Shown: one piece after another, positions 31,855 to 32,000 of the stretch
Position numbering within the stretch: position 1 is the stretch's first letter
Layout: every line of letters begins with the position of its first letter
Source of the DNA: Dickeya solani IPO 2222
GTDB lineage: Bacteria > Pseudomonadota > Gammaproteobacteria > Enterobacterales > Enterobacteriaceae
Direction: 5' to 3'
Length of the DNA stretch: 32,000 nt
Assembly (NCBI RefSeq): GCF_001644705.1
Contig: NZ_CP015137.1
Coordinates: 1,080,001 to 1,112,000, forward strand
The notes under the pieces: generated by a model
Told to the model about the DNA's origin: nothing
What the model saw: the letters and a program-made list of their open reading frames with translations, nothing else
The model's database searches: none
Program-made: the position numbers and the translations under genes

Positions 31855-32000
31855 AACTCCGGCCCCAGCCCGATATAAAACTGCAATCCGTGTTTGTCGT
31901 CATCCCCAATCGGCCGGGCGATATCCAGTTTGATCGGCCCCACCGGCGACGCCCAGCGAATACCGATACCGGCACCGGTTTTGAGGTTGGTGCGCGCCAG
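31851..32000 (-). CDS. tamA: Translocation and assembly module outer-membrane subunit TamA, C-terminal fragment (gene runs off the right edge)
   Basis: The minus-strand frame ends ...[12 protein letters not shown] (stop at 31853-31851), the Omp85-type C-terminus I recall for E. coli TamA/YtfM. It is immediately upstream of tamB. Confidence 0.8.
   Translation of the reverse strand: MARTNLKTGAGIGIRWASPVGPIKLDIARPIGDDDKHGLQFYIGLGPEL

Overview
This is an Enterobacterales chromosomal segment with mid-50s %GC. Gene content and protein sequences look like a Dickeya-, Brenneria- or Serratia-type organism, but the species cannot be set without a database search.

Most of the window is conserved housekeeping DNA that I recognise by recalled similarity to E. 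coli proteins:
- (i) A fused glucarate/galactarate catabolic operon, gudP-gudX-gudD-garL-garR-garK, on the minus strand, with divergent garD.
- (ii) ypeB-ligA sitting directly downstream of hldE-glnE-ygiF, on the minus strand.
- (iii) ygiM-cca (plus), uppP-folB (minus) and plsY (plus).
- (iv) A 4-helix-bundle-type MCP, then ppa, then ytfP-tamB-tamA.

The only clearly accessory stretch is about 8.55-12.42 kb. It holds an ERIC-like fragment, a 0.5-kb AT-rich leader and an Aer-type PAS chemoreceptor. These are followed by three tandem paralogous genes for 110-122 aa glutamine-rich coiled-coil proteins ending in (I/V)(D/N)IYI, which I call FlxA-like from memory. Each paralog is preceded by a sigma-28-type CCGATAAC box. 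A 6-copy 17/18-bp tandem array abuts ypeB. This motility-linked triplet of function-unknown proteins is the best candidate for an undescribed system.

Other non-genic structure:
- A 244-bp GC-rich structured insert between garR and garK, flanked by a 9-bp direct repeat.
- Short tandem duplications in three further intergenic regions.
- A short-form ERIC element in front of cca.
- An intrinsic terminator plus overlapping 28-codon uORF just upstream of uppP.
- A good CRP half-site pair in the gudP/garD control region.

No tRNA, rRNA, CRISPR, transposase or integrase was seen. All homology statements rest on memory of reference proteins, not on a search.
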